A stretch of DNA of 64,000 nucleotides, from the NCBI GenBank assembly GCA_965221165.1, contig CBDCRP010000003.1, positions 1,376,001 through 1,440,000 on the forward strand. Reading direction: 5' to 3'. The DNA comes from a bacterium. Lineage in GTDB: Bacteria; UBA8248. Numbering within the stretch: position 1 is the stretch's first letter; each line of letters starts with the position of its first letter. Position numbers and translations under genes: made by a program. Below are positions 9,905-19,054 of this stretch, piece after piece. The notes beneath the pieces are model-generated. The model was not told the origin of the DNA, made no database searches, and was given only the letters and a program-made list of their open reading frames with translations.

Positions 9905-10126
9905 TCAGGCGGCCTCGGGAGTCTTGGGTTCCCATGCCTCAAAGGGAAGCTCGGGCGCGGGAGTAAGTCTCGATTCGAGTTCCTCTTGTCGGCTTCGCCA
10001 ATCCTCATATGAGATTTGGCCTTGCAAATAGAGGGCGAGATTCCGCATGCAGGCTTCGTGAATGCGCTTCGAGGTTTGGCTCGTCCCATACGTCTTGTGT
10101 CCGGGTCTCTGAGTTGTCATCGCCAT
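9905..10126 (-). CDS. Small hypothetical protein (73 aa)
   Basis: Strong RBS AAAGGAGG 6 nt upstream of the ATG. AT-rich promoter region upstream. Confidence 0.55.
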   Translation of the reverse strand: MAMTTQRPGHKTYGTSQTSKRIHEACMRNLALYLQGQISYEDWRSRQEELESRLTPAPELPFEAWEPKTPEAA

Positions 10127-10184
10127 GACGGGCCTCCTTTCCTGCCCCCTATGGTAAAGAGGGGGGAATCCTTTAATAATCTAT

Positions 10185-10217
10185 ATATAGTGCATATCTT
10201 ATTTTTATGCACTATAT
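10185..10217. promoter_or_regulatory. Palindromic operator-like site in an AT-rich divergent promoter
   Basis: ATATAGTGCATA-N9-TATGCACTATAT perfect 12-bp inverted repeat. Confidence 0.55.
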
Positions 10218-10443
10218 TTTGTGTTAAAAGTACGTTAAAAACTTGTTACTAAATGAAGAATTTTTATATCCTCCGCATATACGAATATAATACGAAAATA
10301 TGAAAAATGCAACTTTTTTTGTTCCCGATATCCCCGGTACCATCATATCAGTATGTTAAGATGGTGTTTTTTATGTCTTCCATTCACTCTGGATGTGCAA
10401 AGACCTTTGCGGACATGACGCGCAAAGGCGAAAAGGGAATGTC

Positions 10444-11307
10444 GTGATCTTGAAGAAAATCCCAAAAAATATCCTGCCGAGCGTTTTTTTTCTCCTGGTG
10501 GCCATGTTTCTCGCCGGCTGCGTAGGGAACGATGAGACGAAAACCACCCGTGGCGAGGTGATTCGGGAATGGTTCATGGAATTCACCTGGGGGCGTGTGG
10601 AGTCTTACGCCATCCGGCCACCCGGCGGAGAGTATTCTCCCCAAAGGCTCTACCCGGCGATACTCCTCCTCCACGGAGCAGACGCCAGAGCCCAAAGATT
10701 CAGACGCGCCATGTTGGCTCACGTGCGAGACGATTTTTTCCTTATGAGTATCTCGCTGCCCGGTTTTGGCGCGTCCACGGGACCGGAGGATTTCGCCGGG
10801 CCGAGAAGCGTGAAAGCCGTACTGGGCGCCATTCGTTATTTAAGAACCAGGGAGAACGTCAAAAAAGACGGCATTTTCGTCTATGGCATCGGACAAGGGG
10901 CTTCAGTGGCAGCCCTTGCGGCCGCCAAGAGCGGGAACATTTCGGCCTTCATCCTCGAAAACGGATTTTATGACCTGGAGAAAACCTATGCCCTTTTGTC
11001 CGAAAAACAAAAGGCCCGAATACGCGCGGTGCTAGGCGGCCCACCCACCCAAAGAAGAGAGGCCTACCGAAAGCGCTCCCCCATCCGTGCGGTGGATAAA
11101 ATAAAAGCCCCGATTCTGCTTCTCCACAGCCAGGAAGGACCCTACCCACTCAGCGGAGCCGAGGCCTTTCTAAAAGTTTTCACGGAAAAAGGCGGAAGAG
11201 CGGAAATCAGAAAGGTGGACAACCCGAACCTCTTCGCATCACTCACACATCCCAACATCGGGAAGTGGGTCATCCCCTACATCGAGAAAATACGCAAAAC
11301 GCGCTAG
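10444..11307 (+). CDS. Alpha/beta-hydrolase fold (S9 peptidase-like) lipoprotein with degenerate nucleophile
   Basis: Lipobox FLAGC, PAILLLHG, SLPGFGAS, RSPI...IKAPILLLH. The nucleophile elbow is GIGQG instead of GxSxG. Confidence 0.75.
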   Translation: MILKKIPKNILPSVFFLLVAMFLAGCVGNDETKTTRGEVIREWFMEFTWGRVESYAIRPPGGEYSPQRLYPAILLLHGADARAQRFRRAMLAHVRDDFFLMSISLPGFGASTGPEDFAGPRSVKAVLGAIRYLRTRENVKKDGIFVYGIGQGASVAALAAAKSGNISAFILENGFYDLEKTYALLSEKQKARIRAVLGGPPTQRREAYRKRSPIRAVDKIKAPILLLHSQEGPYPLSGAEAFLKVFTEKGGRAEIRKVDNPNLFASLTHPNIGKWVIPYIEKIRKTR

Positions 11308-11316
11308 AAAGCCTGT

Positions 11317-12450
11317 TTACGCTCTCTCCCATGATTCGATTTTAGCCAGCCGCTCAGAAACCGATGGATGCGAATGGAAAAGCGCAACCACCCAGGCGGG
11401 CGGCTTTGGATCCGTCAGGTTCTGCTCACACAATTTCACCAAAGCGGAAGACAAACCGCCCCGCGTCCGCACATGCTCGGTGGAATACCGATCGCAGCGG
11501 TGCTCGAGGATGCGGGAAACCGCCAGAAACAAGGGAGAGGTCACCATTCCCATCAAGATCAACACAACCCATAAGACCACGATGTTCGCGGGTTCGCCCG
11601 GTTGCACGAGAGCGGGGTTCACCCATTCCTCCAGCCATGCCAGGGCGTAGCGGGAGAAATACATGCCGAAAGCCAGCATCATGCTCTTCATCGCGATCAG
11701 GAGCGCGATATGACGACCCACATGATGCGCGATTTCATGGGCCAGGATCGCCTCGATTTCATCGGGCGTAAAATCAAGCAGCGTATCCGAGAGAACCACC
11801 CGCCGGGATGGTCCCCAGCCGACCAGAGCGGCATTCGCCGTCTTGCTCTTGGAGCTCATATCCATCTCCCAAACACCGCCATATACTCTCGCTTTCGTCT
11901 TCTCCAACAAGGCGAGGAGCCGCTCTTTGAGGCCCTCATCCGCCAGGGGCTTGAAGCGGAAAAAAATGGGCGCGAGCAACACGGGAGCGATCAGGGAAAT
12001 GAAAACCAGCAACAGGACCGAAGCGAGTGTGGCTATCCACCACCAACGCTCCGGCCACGCGGCCATGATCATCAAGAAACCACCGCTGGCCGCGCCACCT
12101 AAAAACACCAAAAGCGCCAGGCCCTTGCATCTGTCCCATAGCCAGCCCGCCAGCGATTGGTTCGATAAATTTTCCCGGTGGGCGAGCGTGTAGCCGCTGT
12201 AGAGGTCGAAGGGTAAAGAGACCAGCGTTTTCGAGACGGCGATAAGGGAGAAGACCGCGAATCCGCTGAAGAACGCGCCGCCCGATGGATTTTCGGCATC
12301 AGCGCTCAGATACCAGAACAAAAACGAGAACAGCAGGCCGAATTCGAGGACAGAAGACAGCAGGCCCGCGTACAGACGCCGCATTTGATACGACCTCGCG
12401 CGCTTTAGAAAATCATCCTCGAAAATGGGATGCTCACCGGTATTCCGCAT
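11317..12450 (-). CDS. M48 family zinc metalloprotease (Ste24-like)
   Basis: HEIAH, ANAALVGWG, LSDTLL, SHPSVSERL, TM helices. Confidence 0.9.
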   Translation of the reverse strand: MRNTGEHPIFEDDFLKRARSYQMRRLYAGLLSSVLEFGLLFSFLFWYLSADAENPSGGAFFSGFAVFSLIAVSKTLVSLPFDLYSGYTLAHRENLSNQSLAGWLWDRCKGLALLVFLGGAASGGFLMIMAAWPERWWWIATLASVLLLVFISLIAPVLLAPIFFRFKPLADEGLKERLLALLEKTKARVYGGVWEMDMSSKSKTANAALVGWGPSRRVVLSDTLLDFTPDEIEAILAHEIAHHVGRHIALLIAMKSMMLAFGMYFSRYALAWLEEWVNPALVQPGEPANIVVLWVVLILMGMVTSPLFLAVSRILEHRCDRYSTEHVRTRGGLSSALVKLCEQNLTDPKPPAWVVALFHSHPSVSERLAKIESWERA

Positions 12451-12628
12451 ATCCGTTCAATATCCAGGCGTGCGTGAGGATTCCAAAAGCAGAAAAATGA
12501 CAGGGCGATAATTTGGCAAATCACTCACGATTATGCAAATATATTCTCCGCTCACTGGAGCAAAACAAACCGAATTCCTAAAACCCGACTCTTAGAGGCG
12601 GGAGCCGGAACCCCAGGAGGTCCAGTCT

Positions 12629-13663
12629 GTGTCCCGTCATCTCATCGATCTCAGAAGCGACACTGCAACGCGCCCCACAAAACCGATGCGCGAGGCCATC
12701 GCCGAGGCCCGGGTGGGCGATGATATGCTCGGAGAAGACCCGAGCGTCAACGAACTCATCCAAAAAGCGACTGCTCTGTTCGGGAAAGAAGACGGCCTTT
12801 TCGTGTCATCGGGCACACTCGCCAACCAGTTGGCCATCAAGGTCCAGACGAATCCGGGCGATGAAATCATCGCCGATTCCCATTGTCATCCCTTCCGGAA
12901 CGAACTGGGCGCAGGCCCCTTTTTGTCCGGGGTTCAATTCGCCCTGATCTCGGCGAACCGCGGGGTTTACGCCCGGGAAGACGCAGAAGGGTGGCTCCGC
13001 CCCAAGGGGGGGTATCCCAAAAGCACCCTCCTCTGGGTGGAGAACACGCACAACCAGGGCGGTGGCCATGTGTTCCCCCTTGAGCGTCTTGATGAATTGC
13101 AGACCTTCTCACAAGAGCAAAACATCCCCCTTCATATGGACGGCGCCCGCATCTTCAATGCCATCATCGCTTCCGGCGTCCCCCCGGAGGAATGGGGGCA
13201 GCGCTGCGATTCGATATGTTTTTGCCTCTCCAAGGGATTGGGCTGCCCCGTGGGTTCCATCCTGCTCGGGGAAGAAGCGTTCATCCAGGAGGCGCGCCGG
13301 TACCGGAGAATGTGGGGCGGCGGCTGGCGTCAGGCGGGTCTTCTCGCCGCTGCAGGGATCTACGCGCTGGACCACCATGTGGAGCGTCTCGCGGATGACC
13401 ACGCCAACGCCCAGCTTTTTTCCGAACTCACCGCCGGAATTCCGGGAATTCGGCCCGTCCATGACACGACGCCCACCAATCTCGTGTTCCTGAACATTTC
13501 AGAAACCGGAAAAACGGCGCACCAGATCAACGAGGTGACGATGGAAAAAGGTGTCGCCTTCTCTATTCCGAACGCGAAGATGCTTCGCGCCGTCACCCAT
13601 ATCGACATCTCAAGGGAAGATGCGCAAACCGCCGCTCAGGTTTTGGCGGATTCGGTGAAATGA
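12629..13663 (+). CDS. ltaE: Low-specificity L-threonine aldolase
   Basis: IDLRSDT, GDD..EDP, ENTHN, HMDGARIFNA, CLSKGLG (PLP Lys). Confidence 0.9.
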   Translation: MSRHLIDLRSDTATRPTKPMREAIAEARVGDDMLGEDPSVNELIQKATALFGKEDGLFVSSGTLANQLAIKVQTNPGDEIIADSHCHPFRNELGAGPFLSGVQFALISANRGVYAREDAEGWLRPKGGYPKSTLLWVENTHNQGGGHVFPLERLDELQTFSQEQNIPLHMDGARIFNAIIASGVPPEEWGQRCDSICFCLSKGLGCPVGSILLGEEAFIQEARRYRRMWGGGWRQAGLLAAAGIYALDHHVERLADDHANAQLFSELTAGIPGIRPVHDTTPTNLVFLNISETGKTAHQINEVTMEKGVAFSIPNAKMLRAVTHIDISREDAQTAAQVLADSVK

Positions 13664-14442
13664 GTTCGCGCGCGCGAGTCACCGTCCTGGGCTGCGGCAC
13701 CTCCACGGGCGTTCCCTCCATAGGGTGCGCCACCGCCGCATGCCTTTCGGACGATCCCAGGAACAAGCGGCTGCGCCCGAGCATCATCATCGAGCACGAG
13801 GGACGAAACCTGCTGGTGGATACGGGTCCCGATTTGCGCGAACAGGCGCTCAGGCACCAGATCACCCGCGTAGATGCCGTAGTCTACACCCACTATCATG
13901 CGGACCATACCCACGGTATCGATGATTTGCGCGCCTTTAATTTCCTGATGGGAAAACCGATTCCCTGCTATGCCTATCCCAACACGGTGAAGATTCTTCG
14001 CCAGAATTTCAGCTACATTTTCAACCAAGCGAGAAATTACAGCGGCTTCAAGCCACAACTCACGCTGGAGGAGATCGGGGACTCTGCTTTCGGGGTGGCC
14101 GGTATCGACGTCATCCCCTTTGAACTCGAACATGCGAGCATGAAGGTGATGGGCCTGCGGGTGGGTGACTTCGCCTACGCCACGGATTGCAACGCCATTC
14201 CGGAAAAATCCATGGAAATTCTGGAAGGAGTGCGCGTTCTCATCCTCGACGCTTTGCGCCACCGGGAACACCCCTCTCACTTCACGATCGCCCAGGCGCT
14301 GGAAATCGTCGAGGTGCTCAAGCCCGAGCAGACTTATTTCACCCACACCAATTTTGAACTCGAATACCACGAGACCAACAGAAACCTGCCCGGCGGCGTG
14401 GAACTCGCGTATGACGGGCTGAGTTTCGATGTATCCTTGTAG
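13660..14442 (+). CDS. MBL-fold metallo-hydrolase (PhnP-like phosphodiesterase)
   Basis: LGCGTSTGVP, DTGPDLR, THYHADHTHG, HPSHF. Confidence 0.9.
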   Translation: MSSRARVTVLGCGTSTGVPSIGCATAACLSDDPRNKRLRPSIIIEHEGRNLLVDTGPDLREQALRHQITRVDAVVYTHYHADHTHGIDDLRAFNFLMGKPIPCYAYPNTVKILRQNFSYIFNQARNYSGFKPQLTLEEIGDSAFGVAGIDVIPFELEHASMKVMGLRVGDFAYATDCNAIPEKSMEILEGVRVLILDALRHREHPSHFTIAQALEIVEVLKPEQTYFTHTNFELEYHETNRNLPGGVELAYDGLSFDVSL

Positions 14443-14450
14443 GGACTGAA

Positions 14451-15275
14451 CTACATATCGCCCGTGTCTTCCGGAATTTCTCCCACTTCATCCGTCCGGC
14501 TTGCGCTCGTTCTCTCGCAAAGGTCCGAAAACAAAAGATACCCCGCCAGATAATAGGAGATCGAGGTCACCATCACTCCCGTTTGCAGTAAGACCTGGCC
14601 CAGCAGCCCTCCGCCGAAAATACCCTGTATCACCTGCCAGAGGATGAACCAGACCAGCAGATAGGTCATCGCCAGGACGACGACCGTCCTTTCCCCGCCG
14701 CTTGAGATCATGCCGGCGCGACTGAAAGCCTGGGCAAACCCATCGCCATAGAGCAGCGCGGTCAAGGTGCAAAAATAATACCGCACGGCGGGCGTGAGAA
14801 CGAGAAAAATCGTCATGGCGAACGAGAACGGAAGCGCGATGGGCGAGTCTCCGAACAGGAAACCGAAGATGAACAACGCTACCGCAAAGCCGATGACGCC
14901 CAACAACTGCAAACCAAATGTATACGCCAAATCCACCTTGGCGACGGATTTCAGGCGATTCACCGCCTCGGCGATATCCCAAACGCCGCCATCGCCCTTG
15001 CGTTCGGACTCGACCCGCAAAATCAAAAGGATGAACAAAAACACCTGCAATACGCGCAAGAGCAACTGGGAGGCGATCATGAGGGGGAACAAGAATACGA
15101 GATTCGCTTCAGGGTCTATCAACGATTTGATCGAGGGATGAACCGAGAGCGCAACCACGGATATCGGCACATAAATCATTACGAAAAACCGGGTGATTTG
15201 CGCAAAATTCGCCACATGGTTGCGTACGCCATACTCGATGTATTTCGATAGTGGACCGATTGCTGTATTTTTCAT
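14451..15275 (-). CDS. Hypothetical membrane protein (about 6 TM)
   Basis: 274-aa ORF with multiple hydrophobic helices. Confidence 0.65.
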   Translation of the reverse strand: MKNTAIGPLSKYIEYGVRNHVANFAQITRFFVMIYVPISVVALSVHPSIKSLIDPEANLVFLFPLMIASQLLLRVLQVFLFILLILRVESERKGDGGVWDIAEAVNRLKSVAKVDLAYTFGLQLLGVIGFAVALFIFGFLFGDSPIALPFSFAMTIFLVLTPAVRYYFCTLTALLYGDGFAQAFSRAGMISSGGERTVVVLAMTYLLVWFILWQVIQGIFGGGLLGQVLLQTGVMVTSISYYLAGYLLFSDLCERTSASRTDEVGEIPEDTGDM

Positions 15276-15452
15276 ATAAAAACAAACCCTTAGAAGAATA
15301 TGGCCACTCTCGCAAGCGTTGATTTTCTACCACCGGGAACGATACACTAGAACAGGCTTCAGCCTAAGAATCGCACGACCGCCCCGGAAAACCGCACGGA
15401 ACCGACGAGCATCACTATACTTGCTCATGACGAGGAATAGAAGGCAGCCCCC

Positions 15453-16241
15453 ATGAGTTCCGCGACAATCGTGAAAGAAGGCATCCGGGCACTTGGCCGC
15501 CACGCGATGGAAACCATCGTCGGCATGGGAAGCGCCGCTATTTTCCTGCTCGAATCCGTTCGATGGATTTTCACCCCACCGTGGCGATTTTCACTTCTCA
15601 TACGCCAGATATACATCATCGGCACGGGTTCTCTCTCCATCGTCTTGCTGACCGGTCTGTTCACCGGGATGGTTCTGGCGCTCCAGGGAATTTACGTTTT
15701 CAGAAAATTCGGTTCCGAGGCTTTTTTGGGCCCCGCCGTCGCCTTCAGCCTCATCCGCGAACTCGGGCCCGTGCTCACCGCTCTCGTCGTCACCGGAAGA
15801 GCGGGCTCCGCCATGACGGCCGAAATCGGCATCATGCAAATTACCGAACAGGTGGACGCCTTGAAGAGCATGGCCGTGAATCCCTTGCAGCGCCTCGTCT
15901 CTCCCCGCCTGCTCGCGGGCGTGATAGTATTTCCCCTGCTTACGGCGCTTTGCGACATCATCGGCATAGTCGGTGCCTATCTCGTGGGCGTGGAGTTGAT
16001 GGGCCTGAGCTCGGGCACTTTTTTCGGGGAGATGCAGGACAAGATCGAGATGGTCGACATCACCGTAGGCTTGTGGAAATCCGTCGTCTTCGGCCTGATC
16101 GTCACATGGGTTTGCTGCTATAAGGGGTATCATTGCGGTCATGGGGCCGAGGGAGTGGGGAAAGCGACCACCTCGGCCGTGGTCTTATCTTCTGTCCTGA
16201 TACTGGTGGGCGATTATTTCCTCACCTCGATTCTTATATAA
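15453..16241 (+). CDS. mlaE: MlaE ABC permease
   Basis: RELGPVLTAL, GRAGSAMTAEIG, EQVDAL, GVGKATT. Confidence 0.92.
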   Translation: MSSATIVKEGIRALGRHAMETIVGMGSAAIFLLESVRWIFTPPWRFSLLIRQIYIIGTGSLSIVLLTGLFTGMVLALQGIYVFRKFGSEAFLGPAVAFSLIRELGPVLTALVVTGRAGSAMTAEIGIMQITEQVDALKSMAVNPLQRLVSPRLLAGVIVFPLLTALCDIIGIVGAYLVGVELMGLSSGTFFGEMQDKIEMVDITVGLWKSVVFGLIVTWVCCYKGYHCGHGAEGVGKATTSAVVLSSVLILVGDYFLTSILI

Positions 16242-16252
16242 AGGAACGAGCC

Positions 16253-16702
16253 TTGTACCGGAAAAATGTGGAATTCGGGGTCGGTATATTCGTTCTGGCG
16301 GGAATCCTTGCGCTCGCCTACTTATCCATCAAACTCGGCGGCCTGGATATTTTCGATGACGGCACCTATGAAGTTTCGGCGAAATTCACGAGCGCCACGG
16401 GCCTGAGGAGCGGCGCCTCCGTCGAAATGGCGGGCGTGAAAGTCGGACGGGTGAGCGGAATCTCTCTCGATGGGGAAGATGCGAAAATCACGCTGCGCAT
16501 CGATGAGAGCATCCAGCTCTCCCGGGATTCCATCGCCTCCATTCGCACGAAAGGGGTTTTGGGCGACAAATACGTGAGCCTCAGCCAGGGAGGATCGGAA
16601 AAAATCATCCCCCCGGACGGGCGGATTCGGGAGACGGAACCCCCGGTTGATATCGAAAAACTTATCGGCGACTATATTTTCGGCAATGTGAAGAAGAAAT
16701 AA
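16253..16702 (+). CDS. mlaD: MlaD (MCE domain)
   Basis: VGIFVLAG, F..ATGL..GA.V.MAGVKVGRV, GVLGDKYVSL. TTG start with RBS AAGGA. Confidence 0.9.
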   Translation: MYRKNVEFGVGIFVLAGILALAYLSIKLGGLDIFDDGTYEVSAKFTSATGLRSGASVEMAGVKVGRVSGISLDGEDAKITLRIDESIQLSRDSIASIRTKGVLGDKYVSLSQGGSEKIIPPDGRIRETEPPVDIEKLIGDYIFGNVKKK

Positions 16703-16873
16703 AGGGCCGGCCCCGCCTGAGACGACCCTTCAAGATGACCGAGAACCCCTTCGTCGATGAGGGCTTCGCATAGATGGATTCAGAATCAAGGGACCAGAGC
16801 ACATATTAAAATCATGGCATCGTCCCTGGTTTCGCTATTCCCCGATTCAGGACTTGCCGTACGAGGAGAACCC

Positions 16874-17479
16874 ATGTTTTTGAAAAAGCGTCAACCATTT
16901 CTCATCGCCGCCCTTCTCGCCTGTACGCTTCTCGCGCCGTCCGTCCAGGCGGGAGAGCCGACCGAGTTGGTGCGCACGGGAATATACGGGGTGCTGGAGG
17001 TTCTTCGGCAATCCGAGTTGAAGGTCCCCGAGAAAAAGATGGAGCGCAGAAACCGGATGCGCAAGGTCATTCACCGGTATTTCGATTTCGAGGAAATGTC
17101 CAGGCGAAGCCTCGCGAGGTATTGGAGAAAGCGCACGCCGCAGGAGAAGAGCGAATTCATCCAGCTTTTCAGCTATTTCATGGAACTCAACTACGCGAAT
17201 ACGCTGGAAAGCTATACGGATGAAAAGATCGTTTTCGGCAAGGAGACCAGCGACCCGGAATTCGCCCGGGTCAAGACCGCCATCATCACGACGGACAAGA
17301 AAGAGATCGACATCACCTACCGCATGCACAATGTGAACGGCGAATGGCGCGTCTACGACGTTCTCGTGGAGGGCGTGAGCCTCGTGAAAAACTACCGCGA
17401 CCAGTTCCGCTCCATCATCCGGAGAACTTCCTACGCCAACCTCGTGAAAATCCTCCGGGCCAAGCGAGACGAGGGCTAG
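16874..17479 (+). CDS. mlaC: MlaC/Ttg2D phospholipid-binding protein
   Basis: FDFEEMSRRSL, WRVYDVLVEGVSLVKNYRDQF. RBS GAGGAG. Confidence 0.9.
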   Translation: MFLKKRQPFLIAALLACTLLAPSVQAGEPTELVRTGIYGVLEVLRQSELKVPEKKMERRNRMRKVIHRYFDFEEMSRRSLARYWRKRTPQEKSEFIQLFSYFMELNYANTLESYTDEKIVFGKETSDPEFARVKTAIITTDKKEIDITYRMHNVNGEWRVYDVLVEGVSLVKNYRDQFRSIIRRTSYANLVKILRAKRDEG

Positions 17480-17807
17480 AAGGATCACCCGCCGCGGGCG
17501 GCCTGCCCGGCACCCGGGGCAGCGGATATTTGCGGTTTACCTCCGCATGGTTTCGAAGCCCCATCGCCTCTCTTTGCACGATGAGGAAATACCGGTAGCG
17601 CTCCGCCTCGTCCATCGCCTGGTGGAGGGCGTTCTCTATCCTTTCTCTCGTCTTATCGCCAAACCCTTGCCGCTTCTCCCAGGCGCGCCACGCATCCCAC
17701 GCCCTTTGGTGGCGCTTGGAGAACTCACTCCCGATGCGGCCGAGAGTGGAGGCCATCTCCTCGGCTATCTCGCGCTCCACGGCCAGGGGCTTGAATTTCT
17801 TGGACAT
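17415..17807 (-). CDS. Small conserved protein, DUF6665-like
   Basis: EIAEEMASTLGR...YFLIVQREAMGLRNH...KYPLP pattern, recognised from memory. Overlaps the 3' end of mlaC convergently. Confidence 0.55.
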   Translation of the reverse strand: MSKKFKPLAVEREIAEEMASTLGRIGSEFSKRHQRAWDAWRAWEKRQGFGDKTRERIENALHQAMDEAERYRYFLIVQREAMGLRNHAEVNRKYPLPRVPGRPPAAGDPSSPRLAWPGGFSRGWRRKFSG

Positions 17808-17811
17808 GCTT

Positions 17812-18993
17812 CTATCTCGTCTCTTTGGGCAAACCCAGAGAAATGAACGAACCCACGACGCCGAACGCCATGCAGACGAGGGGCAGGGCCTGTTCCACGC
17901 CGATGTAATCGGCCAGGCCGCCCACGGCGATCATCCCGATGCTCGCCACGAACCAGACCACACCGAGCATGAAACTGCTCACCAAAGCTGCGTGCTCGGG
18001 CGCTATCTCCTGGGCATACGTCACAGAAACCCCCATTTGCGCGTAAAAAGCGGCGCCCGAGAGTATGACGAAGACGGTCCGGAAAGGCTCGTCGAACAGA
18101 AAGACCAGGCCCAACGCGGGCGTGCCCACGCAGATGGCCATTATCGTCACGATCCGCCTGCCGAAGATGTCGGAGAGATGTCCGCCGTAGATGCCGCCCA
18201 CCGCCGCGGCAACCAGAAACAGGGTAATGGCCGTGCCGCCCGCAGCCAGTGAGCCGCCTTTGGCGATAATATATATCGGCAAAAAGACCTGCACGGTCAT
18301 CGTCACCGTGGTGCGGCACAAATTCACGAGCCACAGCAAGAAAAGCGGACGAAACACGAGCTTGAGCATGCGCACCGTTTGGGCGAAACTTTGCGAAGCG
18401 CCGTCCCCCACGTCCCGGATGGGTGGAGAGACGAAAAACAAGGGGAGTCCGATGATGATGCCGACGAGGCTCGCGTACGGTATGGCGTCGATGCCCCACC
18501 GCGTGACGATGAACGTCGCCATCCCTGCGCCCAGCCCCACGCCCAGACGGCCGCCCGCGACATAAAGCGACATTCCGAACCCCTTCCTCGCGCCTGCGGA
18601 CTGGCCGGCGATAACCGAGGCCACGGGATGGAAACAGGCCGAGCCCGAGCCCGCAATCAGCATGAGAAGCATAAGGAGCCAGAAATTCGGCATGTAGAAC
18701 ATGAATGCGAGCAGCGCGCCGCCCAACGGGCCGAGCGCCAAGAGCCATCCTTTCTTTATCCTGTCCGCGAAGTAGCCGAAAAAGGGCTGGCCCACGGCGC
18801 CGGTAATGGAAAGCGTGGTGGCCAGCAGACCCGCCAGACTCAAGGGCAGGTCCATGCGCTCCACGATGAGAGGGAGCAATGGCGGGAGAAAACCGAAATA
18901 ACTGTCGTTCGCAACGTGAGCGACGATGAGCAGGGATATTCTTCTCTTCTTGAGGCGCTCTGGAACCGCGCCGGCCACGGCCCTATCCGTCAA
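17812..18993 (-). CDS. MFS transporter (Fsr-like)
   Basis: HVAND, QPFFGYFADR, FHPVAS, GGHLSDIFGRR, 12 TM. Confidence 0.88.
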   Translation of the reverse strand: MTDRAVAGAVPERLKKRRISLLIVAHVANDSYFGFLPPLLPLIVERMDLPLSLAGLLATTLSITGAVGQPFFGYFADRIKKGWLLALGPLGGALLAFMFYMPNFWLLMLLMLIAGSGSACFHPVASVIAGQSAGARKGFGMSLYVAGGRLGVGLGAGMATFIVTRWGIDAIPYASLVGIIIGLPLFFVSPPIRDVGDGASQSFAQTVRMLKLVFRPLFLLWLVNLCRTTVTMTVQVFLPIYIIAKGGSLAAGGTAITLFLVAAAVGGIYGGHLSDIFGRRIVTIMAICVGTPALGLVFLFDEPFRTVFVILSGAAFYAQMGVSVTYAQEIAPEHAALVSSFMLGVVWFVASIGMIAVGGLADYIGVEQALPLVCMAFGVVGSFISLGLPKETR

Positions 18994-19054
18994 GACGTTC
19001 TCCGAAACGAAAAATGCTGCAGTGAGCCCACGTGAACCGGGAGCGGATGTGTAG

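Noticed and set aside
15453-17479. mlaEDC without mlaF/mlaA as a novelty
   Set aside because: Split mla loci are common, and the missing genes may be elsewhere in the genome.
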